This document shows positions 1 to 12,465 of a stretch of 64,000 bases of DNA, piece after piece. Numbering within the stretch: the stretch's first letter is position 1; every line of letters starts with the position of its first letter. Position numbers and translations under genes: made by a program. The notes beneath the pieces were generated by a model that saw only the letters and a program-made list of their open reading frames with translations, had not been told where the DNA came from and did no database searches. The DNA lies in NCBI GenBank assembly GCA_030248215.1, contig JASANG010000440.1, forward strand, positions 124,001-188,000, read 5' to 3'. This DNA comes from Enoplolaimus lenunculus. Taxonomy: Eukaryota.

Positions 1-13
1 CATAGACCATAGC

Positions 14-390
14 CAGGGTGCCATCGGAATTATAAGATACCGTAGCCGGAAAGTTAAAAATAACGGAACCGGAGTCGTAAATGGAAAACAAGAACACTCC
101 TTAGCGAAAAATTCATCACAAACACTATTTTATCGGCTTTAATGGTGTAAACACACCATTTAGAATGCCAAAATCTTCTGCAAACGTGTGACAAATTATA
201 GAATATTGCATAAACTGAAAATTTTGGCAATACACGCTCAAACAATATTAGAAAAATAAGTTACAATAATATGTCAATTTCTCTTAAGTTTTCGAATGAG
301 AATATTAATTTTAATACTTGAAATATCGGAATATTCCGTTGAAAAAATGCCGGATTTCCTTACCGGAACCGAAATTCGGGTTGCAACCTG
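14..390. mobile_element. hAT-type MITE (CAGGGTGC termini)
   Basis: Imperfect inverted termini CAGGGTGC.../...GCAACCTG, with a perfect 8-bp TSD ACCATAGC at 6-13 and 391-398. Related copies lie at about 33507-33895 and 47999-48415. Confidence 0.75.
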
Positions 391-614
391 ACCATAGCCA
401 ACTTTAGCAAACTGTTTTGAAAATTAAACAATATCAGGGATCATGCAGGCGTATCTGAAACTTTTTCTGGGGGTAAAAATTACGGTTAATGGTTGCTTTC
501 TCGGTCGCATTAGCTGCGTTCCAGGAAAATTCATCAAATTGAAACGACACATTTCTGACCGGTACATTTTCGACTTTAGTTAAAACTCAACATAAAGCGC
601 ATTTGATTTATTGT

Positions 615-3600
615 TTATTTTTGGCCATTTATTGAACTGCGATACGTAAGATATAAGCACCAATAAAACGCTGATGCAGTCATTATTGCGCATTTAATTG
701 TTGAAATTGTTAATATTTGGCCAAATTGAAATGTTGAAAATAACGCCAGATAAAGAAGACATCGTATCAGCTCGGCATGAAATGAGTAAGTTCTGAAACC
801 GAACATTACACAATACATACGTAATGGCGGCATTCTTATATTTTCTTTAAATGAAAAATGTTTTTCAAATTTGTCAAAAACAGATTAAAGCTTCAAATTC
901 GTCAAAAACGGATTAAAGTTTCAAATTTGTCAAAAACGGATTAAAGTTTCAAATTTGTCAAAAACGGATTAAAGTTTCAAATTTGTCAAAAACGGATTAA
1001 AGTTTCAAATTTGTCAAAAACGGATTAAAGTTTCAAATTTGTCAAAAACGGATTAAAGTTTCAAATTTGTCAAAAACGGATTAAAGTTTCAAATTTGTCA
1101 AAAACGGATTAAAGTTTCAAATTTGTCAAAAACGGATTAAAGTTTCAAATTTGTCAAAAACGGATTAAAGTTTCTAAACGTTTCTAGCGTAGACGGCGAG
1201 TACCTTAATACAGCAATCTGTAAACGTGAATTAATACGCAATGCTCAGCGTTTAATTATGTATGCGCAGTGCAAAATCTGTACAAGACGTCAGAGCACTC
1301 TAGAAGCGTACACCCGGTGGTCTGCCTCCGGCTCTGGCAAAAATTTGATTTTCGGCTCCGGGATATTTTTCGTCGGAGGACTGGCAATATGGGTAGTGAA
1401 ATTTTTTATATGGGGATAAAACGCAATGGGTGAAAAATGATGCCTTAAAGTGGAAATTTCATTCGGGCGAACGCAGAGGGGGCTAAACACCTCAGGCGGA
1501 AATAATATGGGAAATATCAGCCTCGACATCGGTATTTTTGCCGTAGAGCAATTCGCTATTCTGAGGCCAGGCGTAAAGCCAATTTTCACTTCTGCGCAAA
1601 CAAAAGTTCGGCCTGGGACAAACAATCATTTACTGGTTCATTTAACCGAATACAACAAAGTTGAACTAAGAAGTTGGTCCTCGGCATTGCGTGGTTTACG
1701 ATACTGCGTCTTCTACCGTGTAAATTTGATTGGAGCGTCAGATTATATAATGTCAGTCGAAGCCTGGGCTAAACTGTTCTTAAGCATTTGCCTGGAACAA
1801 TTAGTAATTGACCTGAATAGCAGTTTGGTTTGACATCATATCATATATAACAAAGCATTTTATACTTCAAATTGGATTGTGAGGCGCAAAAACTAACCTG
1901 TTGTCAAATATCATTCCAAAAACTTTTATGGATAACAGAAAATACAATAATTTGCCAAACAAATTTACCGATGGATCTTGTGTCTAAAATATTAATTGAT
2001 GGAAATGCCAGTTGTTACTTTGAGTGGCGCTAACAGTAGATTAAGCGTATTCGTAAGCCTAAGCCTAAGCGTTGCCAAAATGAATTCCTAAGCCTAAGCG
2101 TTGAAAAATGAGTTCGTTAGCCTAAGCCTAAGCAAAAAAATGTAATCTAAAATCTAAACCTACTCTTTTATAGATCCACCTGAAACCTGGACGCCCATTA
2201 AAGTAACATGGGCCGAAATTTGAATTGAATATACACAAAGATAATACCGATTATTTGAACTGAATAGTGGACTTGACAAGGTTCAATAATGACCATATTT
2301 ACTTAGCAGGGCCAATGTTACATTAAGACGCGCAACAGTAGTCAGCGTTTTCTTAAGTTTCAATGTATACCTCAATGTAAGTATCAGCTTATCACATAGC
2401 CCAGCTGTAGGCCAAAGCCTACGCAAAAATAGTCTAAAGGTTAAACTCACTCTACTAAACAAAGCAAAACTGGAGTTGACCACAAAAATAAACATTAACT
2501 TGCACATTTTGGCATCTGTAAATTGTTGTCAAAATTTTTCGGTTTTAGGTTTATTTTTTAGCAAATCCTGTTAACTGGTCAAAATTGTGCCATAAGTTAA
2601 AATCGAACACAATGAACGCTGTATTTTCCGCAAAGACTATAAAAAATACTACAAAATTTGCCAAAACCCCTGAAAAAATTCTACCGGAACCGGATGTCGA
2701 TGGTACGCAGGAATTATAGGCGTAGGCAAGCTTATGGTTATACCTTAAATGCAGTGGTTCCTTTGTATAAAATCCCGTTGTTAACTGGTAACAGACGCTA
2801 TAGTCGGCCAGTTTATAAAACAAGGCCGGAACCGTAGTACAACCACATTCCTAAGCCTAAGCCTAAGCCTAAGCCTAAGCCTAAGCCTAAGCCTAAGCCT
2901 AAGCCTAAGCCTAAGCCTAAGCCTAAGCCAAAGCGTAAGAATGAGCGTATTCCTAAGCCTAATCCTAAGCCTAATCCTAAGTCTAAGTCTAAGCCTATTC
3001 AAAAAAATTAGTGTAAAGGTCAAGCTTACACTATTACAGTTCCCACCAGAAAACGTTCCGTTTCTGTCCTATATATGGGCCCTATAGTCATTTGCAAGCA
3101 TAGATGTAATCGGACGCTTTGGTAAACTTACCGTTAAGGATTTAACAATTTGTTCATAGTCAATTGCAGAAAATATGAAATGCACTAAAATGTAAATTTT
3201 AAGGCAAAAAGACATGTGTTCAGGAGGCAGCCGAGGCTTTGGATCGTCGACCTGAAATCGAGTTTCAAATTTTCAGCCAGTATTTTCAACGGGGCCAAAG
3301 TCAAGGTGGGGCACGGGGCTCAGCCCGCTGGAAAAATTTGGGCCTTGCTAGAAAATTTTCAGCCATGTTTGTAAGTCAAATGAAAACCCTTGTATGACAC
3401 TGAGGAAAATTTTTAGGCCACCCTTAACAATGGTGAGCTGGCTACGAGCCTGATTCTCAAACGTGTATAGCACCAATAAATTATCGCTAGTTGTCTTCAA
3501 ATCTTGACCTTATAAAATTAGCGAATGATTTGATCTCAACTTTTGCAACTTTTCTGTGTTCCATTTATTTTTCTACCGCTTGAGCTTTCCGTTCCACAGC

Positions 3601-6600
3601 TGAGACGAGTTGATTGGCTTATGTCTTGGCATTAGGTGCGACACACAGTTGAAAAGCCAGCTCTATAGAGCACCGCCCTACGACGGACCATTCCCACCAT
3701 TATCCGTAATTTTGACCAGTTTTTAAAATTTTATAAACTGCCTAATCGCATCGCACTCGTAAAGTAGCAAATATGTAAATGTTTTAATTTCAGATGCTAT
3801 TTGGGACAGATGCTGTACGAATTTGTGAATTTGACTAATGTAAAGATCAGGGGCGGAACGTTTTTCTGTAGAACTAAAAAAGAGTATGCTTAAACTTTAG
3901 ATTATTTTTTTGCTTGGCTTAGGCTTTAGGCTTAGGCTTAGTCGTAGTAATATGCTCGTTCTTACCCTTAGGCGAAGGCGTTTGGCTTAGGTTTAGGAAT
4001 AAGCTTATAATACTATTCCGCCTCTGTTCTTTACATTGGCCGACAATTTTAACAATATTGAATAATTTTAAAGGTATAGAACGCTTACTTTAGGCAGTTG
4101 AGCTGGATCTCCAAGCCTGGCTAATCCTGGTTCCCAACCTGGGCCACACAGTAGCATTTTCATTTTGTCACCAAAACACTGCATACGTTTCCATTTGTCA
4201 GTAAATAAATATTCAATAAAATTGAACTGAAAAATACCGCAGAAATACGATTGTTGCTGGCTTAACACTACTGTTTAAGTTTAGGCTTAGGCTTGAAACA
4301 CGAACATTTATTAATTCTATTCTCTTATTTATGCTTTAAGTCCAGCGGCCGATATGTAAACAGATCACTGCAATATATATTAACTCTGCTCATAGCGATC
4401 CAGGATTTCAAAAACTTTACACAGCAAAAAATAGTGAGTCAAATTGAGTCTATCCAAAATAGGCTTTTCGGAACTACACAAACTGATTCAAATTCGACTG
4501 TGACAGAGTCAAATTCGACTCACTGAGCGACAAGGGAGAGTCAAATTCGACTCACTGAGCGACACGGGAGAGTCAAATTCGACTCACTGAGCGACACGGG
4601 AGAGTCAAATTTGACTCCGGTGGATTTGTATTTAACTCAGTTTGTGTAGTCGAGAAAAACTCATTTCGGAGAGAGTCAATTTGACTCACCATTTTTGCAG
4701 CGTAAGTCTGAAATTGCTCGAAAGCCCAGTGGCTCCTCGAAAACGGAATAACAAAGCTGTGGCTCACGGCCTCTGGGGCCCATTTCACGTGCCATTGTCA
4801 TTTATGTCAAGTGTTGTAAACTGAACCTGGTTATGAAATGGATCAAACGAATCGATTTCGTGGACCAAGCCATAAGATACTGGTTCAGATTGTTTTTCGG
4901 CAGCAAAAGTTCCTAAAATTCGCAAAAAATATCCCCTTACTTGGTTTGCTGTCACAAGTGCACAGGCCCGTAGCCAAGGTGGGACGCAGGGGGCTCACCC
5001 CCCGTGAAAAAATTTTGCCCCCCCCCTAGAAAATTTTCAACCTTGCTTGTAAGTCATTAAAAAACCTTGAATGTCCGTCATGAATAATTTTTAGCCCATA
5101 CAGCAAGGTGAGCGAGCTGGCTACGGGTTTGCAATTGCAGGGACGTTGGGACAGTATAATTATTGGGTACACAGACTTTTTTGGAAATATATCCGTACCC
5201 TAAATTTTCCCAGGTGGTGTCGACAGGGCTGCCGATGGACAATCAAGTCCAGCAGCAAATACAGAAAGCGTGACGGTTGAGGTCGCTGCGATATATAATA
5301 GCGGAAACCCTCACACCTCAAAGTCTACAAGACCCATCATCAACTGGAGACATGTGTTACTACACATTTGAGTTCACGGACCATGATTTACTTTTTAACC
5401 ACAACTTGCCAACAAATCACGAAACATTTCTGGTTTAACCCTTTCACACATCACATGAATATTTTCTATTTCTCCTGAGACCTATTTTTATGCTAGGATT
5501 CGAACTCCAGTGACTTGAGTGGGAGGCGTATACCATCACCACTCAGCTATAGGAGCTTGACGCTGAGGCCGAGGGGGCTCTCACGTCTTGTGATTAGTTA
5601 GTACTATGCATACGTGTTGCAATTGTTAAACACTGTGCGATATATATTATTTACCGTATATAATATATATTGCGCTGAGTTGCCTATAGGCAACTCAATG
5701 TGAGAAGGGGTTAAAATATATGCTGCTGTTAATAAATCAATGGTTGACATTGCTTACCGAACAACCTGTCCCATATAATTAATGTTCCTGCGTAATTTTT
5801 GTCAATGCAGTATGGATTGCGTCCTTAAACAAATTTATATATTAAAGCTGAAACGCTCCATATACGTATTTTGGGCACCTTTCCACGACCAAATAAACGT
5901 AAACGTTTATATTCAAAGCTGAACGGTATTTTATTGAACATTTAATTTAATTTTTTCAAGCCATCTTACATGATAGCTAAGTATTGAAATAATTGCATTT
6001 GGTGGGATGAACGCAAATTACAGATGGTCGGATAAAGCTGACCACCATCGACGCCGAACCAGGCCCGTAGCCAGCTCACCTTGCTAGGACGGGGGCTAAA
6101 AATTTTCAGGAGGGGCATTCAAGAGTTTTCAATGAATTACAAGCAATGTTGTAAATTTGATGGTCGGATAAAGCTAACCACCATCGACGCCGAACCAGGC
6201 CCGTAGCCAGCTCACCTTGCTAGGACGGGGGCTTAAAATTTTCACGAGGGGCATTCAAGGGTTTTCAATGACATACAAGCAAGGTTGTAAATTTTCTAGG
6301 CGAGGTCAAAATTTTTCCATGGGTGGTAAGCCCCCCTGCCCCCCTTGACTACGAGCCTGTGCCGAACGTAGGTGTGCGATTTTTTTGCTAGATGACCTTT
6401 ATTTAAATTTGTTAAAAAGACTTGAAAATTTTGGTTAAATTTATAGCTGAAAATAACATTCGTAGTCGTTTAAACAGGAAACATACCGTGATGAACACGA
6501 TGATGTGAAGGAGTATTCAGAATGTACTCCAGTAAACCAAGATTTGAGAAAAACTGAAATAGGAAAAAAATTGAAATATTCCTATATTCTGTACCCAGTA

Positions 6601-9600
6601 CTAAATGATACGGCAGAGTGAGTTGGTACAGAGTAAAGCCTCAACTGAGACCTAATGTCATCTGTCCATACCAGTTGCGGATCGCTGAGGCCCTGTGCCG
6701 TCTACTAAGACCCTGTTCACAAAATAAACAATTTTCATTGGTTCGTCGAAAAAATTTGCATTATATTAGATGGTTTTAAACCATCTGTAGGTTTTGAAAC
6801 GGCCAATCGGTGGTAGGTTTGATGTTGACCTGTGGGTCGAAACGTTCGTTGGTCCAATCGGAATGGGTATTTCATGTTGCCGATGTCTCCTGTTTGGGGA
6901 AGGATGGTGCTGACTTGGACAGTGTTGAAATATGGCTTTTGAGTATAACGTTTATCAGGGTAACAGTGTGACATTAGCAATGTTGTTGCTTTATAATACT
7001 GCATATATCAAATTGCATAAGTTACTCAGATGTGGATGCACTACTCTTTGTCAGCCGCAGACTGTCAAATTCGCTCGACGACATTTATCCGACACATGTT
7101 ACAATACAATAGGGGCGCGTAGCCCACTCACCTGTTAGCGGGGGGATAAAACGTTTTCAGGAAGGGAATACAAGTATTTTCGTTGACTTACAAGCCAGGT
7201 TTAAAACTTTGGCCCATGTAAAGATCAGGGGCGGAACGTTTTTCTGTCGGACTGCAATAGAGTAAGCTTAAGCTTTAAACTTATTTTTTTTTTGCTTGGC
7301 TTAGGCGTAGGTTTAGGAATATGTTCATTCTGACGCTTAAGTTTAGGCTTAGGCTTAGGACTATGCTTACAATACTGTTCCGCCCCTGTTCTTTACATTG
7401 GCCAAAACTTTTTAGCGGGGGCCGAAATTTTTCTATACCCCCTTGTATATGGGTCGGCAATGCGTCAGCACAATTGAGGCTGAGCTTTTAAATACGGATG
7501 CTAATACAACGCTTGGTATAACTGGTTTAATTTTCAATGAAAACAAACCAGAATATATTTAAATAATAAAGATAATGAAATGACTCTTAAAATCCCGACT
7601 GACCCGTGTGTGAATCCAAAATTGATACAACAAATTGAAATACACATGAACCATGTAAACAGATGGCGGCACAACGATTGCCAAAGGAATGTAAAACAAC
7701 TGAAAACTCAAACAAAACATTACAGTTTATTACCGTCAATCCGGAAGAAAGTGCGCATTGGCGTATATCGGTGCGTGAATTGTGATCCAACTAGCACAAC
7801 ATAATACTAGAGTGAGCATTATCTTAAGCATTGTATTATTGCATTTATTGTGTACAACAAGTATTTTACTGGTACAAAAAATACACCTGAAGACTGACAA
7901 AAACACCCAAAATGAAACAACAACAAAACTAGCCCATCTGTAACAAAACAAGAAAAGAAGCCAAACCAAAACACTAGCCATTGACACCAGACTTTCTCCA
8001 ACTGAGATGATTGCTAAGTTTTACTCTTGACAACTGTGTCGCCCCCGCAATATGCAAATTATCATGAAAGCTAACCCGGCAGTTGTTAAGCGCAGCATGC
8101 AAATTGCTCGCAAAACTACAGCGAGAGAAGACGGCGGCCACAGCGTAAAACTGAATAATGTTAACTTTACACAGGGATTTTTGTATTTTTTTTTGGCTTG
8201 CAAATATAAATCGGACGGTCCCGTTATTTTCCAACTATTTTAATGTTGAACAGCGTCGTTTGGCGTCTTTTGTCATCGCAGTGGAACGCACGTGAGTTGT
8301 CGCATGATACAGTGAGGGTTGCGCTATACTTGACGTCCGGCGCCGTCTGTCACCGTGCGTCAGCCGTACGGCGCCATCCGTCACCGTCCGTTATAAGTAC
8401 GGCGCCGTCTGTCAACGTCCGTCACCATGCGTTATCGTACGTGATTTATTTGTGTACGATACCGCACAGTGACGGACGGTGCCGTACGGTGACGGCCGAC
8501 GCCGGACGGTAGCGGACGACGCCTTACGGGTGACGGACGGCGCCGGACGGCAGCGGACGACGCCTTACGGGTGACGGACGGCGCCGGACGGCAGCGGACG
8601 ACGCCTTACGGGTGACGGACGGCGGCGAACGGTAGCGGACGACGCCTCACGGGTGACGGACGGCGCCGGACGGTACCGTACTGGATACAACGGCGCTGGG
8701 CGGCGCCGGATGGCGTCGTTAGCGCAATCCTATATCAATTTGTAGAATTTTTGGCACCGTACGTTAAGCATAGCGCCACCGGTATATGTTTGTATTATTA
8801 CCATTAAGGTTTACAATAACTGATTCTCAGACGCGGTTCAAACCCAAAATTCCATGTTCAACTTGAAGGCTTAAAATATGAACTCACAGCTGAAATAGAA
8901 AATATTCATGTGAAAAGTAGTTTAATATCACTGGCCAATGTATAGAACAGGGCCGGATCGTTTTCCGAAGGGGCTATAATAGAGTCCGTTTAAGCTTTAG
9001 ACTAACTTTTTTGCTTAGGCTTAGGCTTAGGAATAGACTCATCCTTACGCTTAATAGGCTTAGGCTTAGGCTTAGGCTTATGAATATGCTTATACTACTG
9101 TTCCGGTCTTGTTCTACACATGAATCATGTCACTCAACATTAAAAAACTGAAGCGCAGTTGAAGTTCAACTCCACCGACTCACCGCTGCAATGGCTCGTT
9201 GAAACGCCGATTGACGTAATGCAGTACTGTTATTGTAGTATTCCGAATTGTGATGCATTTGATGCAAACTCCATAACAGTGACGTTTCTGCAATAATTCG
9301 ACCCAATAAATATAATTTTTAGTCAAAAACTCAGTTATTCAATTCGCTAATGGATCCATCAGATCCTGAATGGATTCTGACACTTTGAGCGTCAATCTAA
9401 GACTTATTCAAAGACCTAATCTAAGTCTGAGTCTAAGCTAAAATTCGAGACCTACGTTTAAGGACGAATTAACGTCTAAAACTAATCGTTTTAATATTAA
9501 TACGACAAACAAATGTAACTAGAAAATACCTACAATGCACAGTGTTTAACGATAGTAAACTGAAAATTTTCGCTTAACCCTTTATCACGTGAATATTTTC

Positions 9601-11805
9601 TATTATATCTGAGACCTACTTTTAAGCTAGGATTCGAACTCTAGTGACTGGAGTGCTAGGCGCTGACCATCACCACTCAGCTATAGGAGCTTGACTCTCG
9701 AGCTCAAGGGGGCTCTCACGTCTTGTGGTGATTTAGTACTATGTATACGTGTTGCATTTGTTAAACACGGTGCGATATACATTAAACGTATACACACTGC
9801 GCTGAGTTGCTTACAGGCAACTCTATGTGAGAAGGGGTTTACAATTGAACATAAAGTATACGTATACTACAAAATTCTGCATAATAAGTAAATGCCCCCC
9901 TGGGCTCAAACGTCAAGCCCCTATAGGTAGGTGGTTATCGTAACTGCCACCCGCAAGTGCCGCAAGTGAATCTTGCATCGGGCCAGACACCGATTTCCGC
10001 CGGAAATGAAAACGGATATCCGGTTACTCTATGGACCTTACCGTGACACATTCTGTGAAATATATAATAAATAAAATCGACCGAAATCGCTGCAAATATC
10101 CAAATCCAATAGGAATTCGGTGAAATGTCAACAACGCGATAATTTTCGTAAATCCAAACGTAAGTTCGGTACTCGACGCTTCGTTTTAACAGCCTGTAAT
10201 GTATCCCACAAACCTTCCCGAGGATCAACAATCCCCATATTTACTTTAGAGACGTTCCATTTGCCCGTGTGAGACTGTGGTGAAGTATGCTTTAAGTTTT
10301 AGACTATTTTTTTATTTGGCGTAGTTTTAAGCGTATTCTTTGCTGAGGTTTAGGCTTAAACTGCAATTTAAGCTTGGGATCATGTTTAGACTACTTTTAA
10401 TCCTAGAAATCACATTGGCCATATTTAAACGCTATTCACATGTGTAAGTAGGGTTAGGCTTATGATTAGGCTTAGGAATACGCTTAATCTACTGTTACGG
10501 ACCTGAAAGCCACATTGGCCCAACGTTGCATGAAACATAACGAATTCGTTAAGCGTCTTATACTCAAATTGATATTCGTGCAACTTTGTATCAAGAATGT
10601 TAACATTTCATAATTTCAAAACCATATTGCAAAATACAGGGCATTCGATGTTACTGATTACTTTCCGTTTTTGTGGGCGGCTGAAGCGTTGAAATATCAC
10701 GTCTGCGAAACCAAATCCAGCTCAACTTGACGATAAAATGGATATTTGGTTACAGTGAATAGAATCACACAAACTTGTAAAACATGACTTACGCCAGTGT
10801 TAGCTGCTGAAGCATTCCGGCCGTCACGGATGTGATCGAGTCTTCGTAGCGAAACCAGTGTTGTTTACCGGTTGCATACGCAACTGCCAGTTCAAGCAAC
10901 GCCAAAACTGTCATCCAAAATTGAGCCTACAACCAGGTATAGATTAACTGTTCTAAAAATATATACACGGGTCCGTAGGCTAACCGATGCCAGGAGGAGC
11001 GGCACATGTATAGAACAGGGCCGGAACGTTTTTGTACGGGGGCTGTAATAGAGTCAGCTTAAGCTTAAGACTAACTTTTTTGCTTAGGCTTAGGCTTGGG
11101 CTTAGGTTTAGGCTTAGAAATATGCTTATCCTACTGCCCCGTTCTATACATTGGCCTGACGAGCTAAGAGCCCTAGAAAAATTAGCACCGCTTGTAAGCT
11201 TGTTTATTTCAACCGTATGCTTGTTCTAAACCTGTTTTACCATGAAGGTTAAGCTGACTGTTGTCCGGAATATCGAAGCGATGCATTCAGACGTTACTGA
11301 ACCGGTACCCTGTGCCTCGAAAATTATGGTGAAATTTGATGTAAATCAATTGTTTGTAATTGGCTGGGTTACCGAAACATCACTTGAATACGATCTTGAC
11401 CGCACTGAAAACGTTTATGTTCTCAATCTCATAAAGTCTTTTTTTCACTGGTAAAGTCTGCAGGTAGTGAATGTTACCAGAACAAGTAAAACAATGAAAC
11501 CTTTTTCTAGCGCAGAAATATGACCCGGAATTTGGAGTAATTTCTAGCATCAAATTGCAGTTTTTCTCAGAAAAACAAGCAAATCCTGTATAATCTTTAT
11601 TTGGCAATGAATTTTGATTTTCTTATTAATTTTTGTTTCGCTTTGAATTTACTTCTCCAATCAAATTCGGTACTTCGCCCAATGAATTATACGACGTCTC
11701 GTCTGGTGTAACCAAATAGAACAAACATCGTAAATTGAAAAGCGAACCGCGGTCGACAAATGTTGCAATCGCTTCGAACTGGTCTCTGCCAGTTGCATTC
11801 GTCAT
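615..11805 (-). CDS. AGMO: Alkylglycerol monooxygenase (fatty-acid hydroxylase superfamily), tandem paralog B; complete, 12 coding exons, 459 aa
   Basis: Exons in transcript order: 11805-11653, 10926-10793, 10193-10042, 9287-9184, 7699-7604, 6553-6487, 5823-5758, 4912-4827, 4226-4089, 3251-3132, 1983-1898, 792-615. All junctions are GT-AG and phase-consistent; total 1380 nt, open from ATG to TAA. The translation has the AGMO His boxes and motifs [63 protein letters not shown] and GPGWEPG. Confidence 0.93.
863..1176. repeat. 28-bp minisatellite, about 11 copies, in the last intron of AGMO-B
   Basis: Unit GTCAAAAACGGATTAAAGTTTCAAATTT repeated head-to-tail without spacers; inner copies are identical. 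Confidence 0.95.
2806..3081. mobile_element. TTAGGC-array-carrying MITE (GGCC termini, 8-bp TSD; Merlin-like)
   Basis: Perfect TSD CTATAGTC at 2798-2805 and 3082-3089; 13 perfect CCTAAG units at 2850-2927. Confidence 0.85.
3290..3452. mobile_element. About 165-bp hAT-type MITE (CAGGCCCGTAGCC termini)
   Basis: Near-TSD ATTTTCAA/ATTCTCAA (8 bp). Family copies at 4963-5131, 6060-6359, about 7111-7455, 14945-15111, 18484-18653, 25694-25858 and 26392-26562. Confidence 0.75.
3833..4041. mobile_element. TTAGGC-carrying MITE, decayed copy
   Basis: AATGTAAAGATCAGGGGCGGAAC start, internal GGCTTA units and a TTTACATTGGCC end, matching the copy at 7211-7403. Confidence 0.75.
4420..4702. mobile_element. 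TA-flanked TIR MITE (Tc1/mariner-like) with an internal 32-bp palindromic tandem repeat
   Basis: About 40-bp imperfect TIRs (CACAGCAAAAAATAGTGAGTCAAATTGA / TCAATTTGACTCACCATTTTTGCAGCG), TA on both sides, and unit GAGTCAAATTCGACTCACTGAGCGACACGGGA about 3.5 times. Partial copies at about 32244-32315 and 32735-32818. Confidence 0.75.
4963..5131. mobile_element. hAT-type MITE (CAGGCCCGTAGCC family)
   Basis: Inverted termini plus 8-bp near-TSD CAAGTGCA/CAATTGCA. Confidence 0.75.
5439..5710. mobile_element. piggyBac-type MITE (TTAA TSD) with an internal tRNA-like A/B box
   Basis: TTAA|CCCTTTCACACA...TGTGAGAAGGGG|TTAA; closely similar copies at 9578-9837 and 15779-16041. Confidence 0.8.
6060..6359. 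mobile_element. hAT-type MITE with a local 136-bp tandem duplication
   Basis: CAGGCCCGTAGCC start; near-TSD CGCCGAAC/TGCCGAAC; the block starting at 6023 repeats at 6159. Confidence 0.75.
7211..7403. mobile_element. TTAGGC-carrying MITE nested inside a hAT-type MITE
   Basis: TIRs GGCCCATGTAAAGATCAGGGGCGGAAC / GTTCCGCCCCTGTTCTTTACATTGGCC; perfect TSD AAAACTTT at 7203-7210 and 7404-7411. Confidence 0.88.
8316..8730. mobile_element. GC-rich TIR MITE (Harbinger-like) with an internal 41-bp tandem repeat
   Basis: Termini GGGTTGCGCTA / TAGCGCAATCC; unit GCCTTACGGGTGACGGACGGCGCCGGACGGCAGCGGACGAC about 4-5 times. A related element at 28237-28746 is flanked by TAA. Confidence 0.65.
8933..9126. mobile_element. 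TTAGGC-carrying MITE
   Basis: GGCCAATGTATAGAACAGGGCCGGA start, GGCTTA units, near-TSD ATATCACT/ATGTCACT. Confidence 0.8.
9578..9837. mobile_element. piggyBac-type MITE, copy 2
   Basis: TTAA|CCCTTT...GAGAAGGGG|TTTA; colinear with 5439-5710. Confidence 0.78.
11001..11156. mobile_element. TTAGGC-carrying MITE
   Basis: GGCACATGTATAGAACAGGG...GTTCTATACATTGGCC; decayed TSD GGAGGAGC/TGACGAGC. Confidence 0.75.
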
Positions 11806-11841
11806 TGTATTCTCGATGTTAGAATAATTTATCCTGATACT

Positions 11842-12199
11842 GGCCAACTTTTAGGGCCGTAACAGTAGGCTAAGCGTATTCCTAAGCCTAAACATAAGCC
11901 TAAGCGTTGCATCAGCGTATTCCTAAGCCTAAGACTAAGCCTAAGCGTTGCAAAAGCATATTCCTAAGCCTAAGACTAAGCCTAGGCGTTGCATCAGCGT
12001 ATTTCAAGCCTAAGTCTAAGCGTTGCAAAAGTGCATTCCCAAGCCTAAGCCTAAACCTAACGTTGCAAAAGCGTATTCCTAAACCTAAGCCTAAGCTTAA
12101 GCCTAAACCTAAACATAATCAAAAATGTAGTCTAGAATGTAAGCCTGCTCTTTTACAGACCCACCACAACCCGGGACGGCCCTAAAAGTAACATAGGCC
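11842..12199. mobile_element. TTAGGC-carrying MITE (second TIR subfamily), 36 bp upstream of the AGMO-B ATG
   Basis: GGCCAACTTTTAGGGCCG...CGGCCCTAAAAGTAACATAGGCC; perfect TSD CTGATACT at 11834-11841 and 12200-12207; internal higher-order repeats of CCTAAG blocks. Confidence 0.88.
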
Positions 12200-12465
12200 C
12201 TGATACTGATTAACAGCCTTGAACGCGTTTTTATGTCTTCGATTGTGAAGTATTTGACTAATTTTTCAGTAAATTAAGATTCTAATCGTTCTTTGTTACA
12301 AATTAATTACAATTTAAGCCTTTGTCATTTACGAAATCCGTAACGAATATAATTTTTCCAAATCCAAATTTCAAATCCGAAATTAGTTGTCATAAGAGGT
12401 TGAGTTCAATTACTGTTCAAAAATATCTTCAACGCAAATGAATTTCCTTTGAGACCTTCTATATA

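Noticed and set aside
863..1176. CRISPR array (also considered for the 32-bp repeat at 4506 and the 41-bp repeat at 8521)
   Set aside because: Units are head-to-tail with no unique spacers, there are no cas genes, and the context is eukaryotic introns.
2451..2515. Extra AGMO-B exon (AG...GTGAGT)
   Set aside because: The donor lies in a decayed TTAGGC element, its phase does not fit, and exons 10 and 11 join without it as in paralog A.
2781..3023. Poly-(LR) and (PK)/(SL)-rich ORFs here and at 11032, 11907, 17351, 17936 and 21339
   Set aside because: They are translations of TTAGGC arrays inside MITEs, with no sign of real genes.
5491..5556. Functional tRNA gene
   Set aside because: A and B boxes are present, but the acceptor stem does not pair and the sequence is part of a three-copy TTAA-flanked element.
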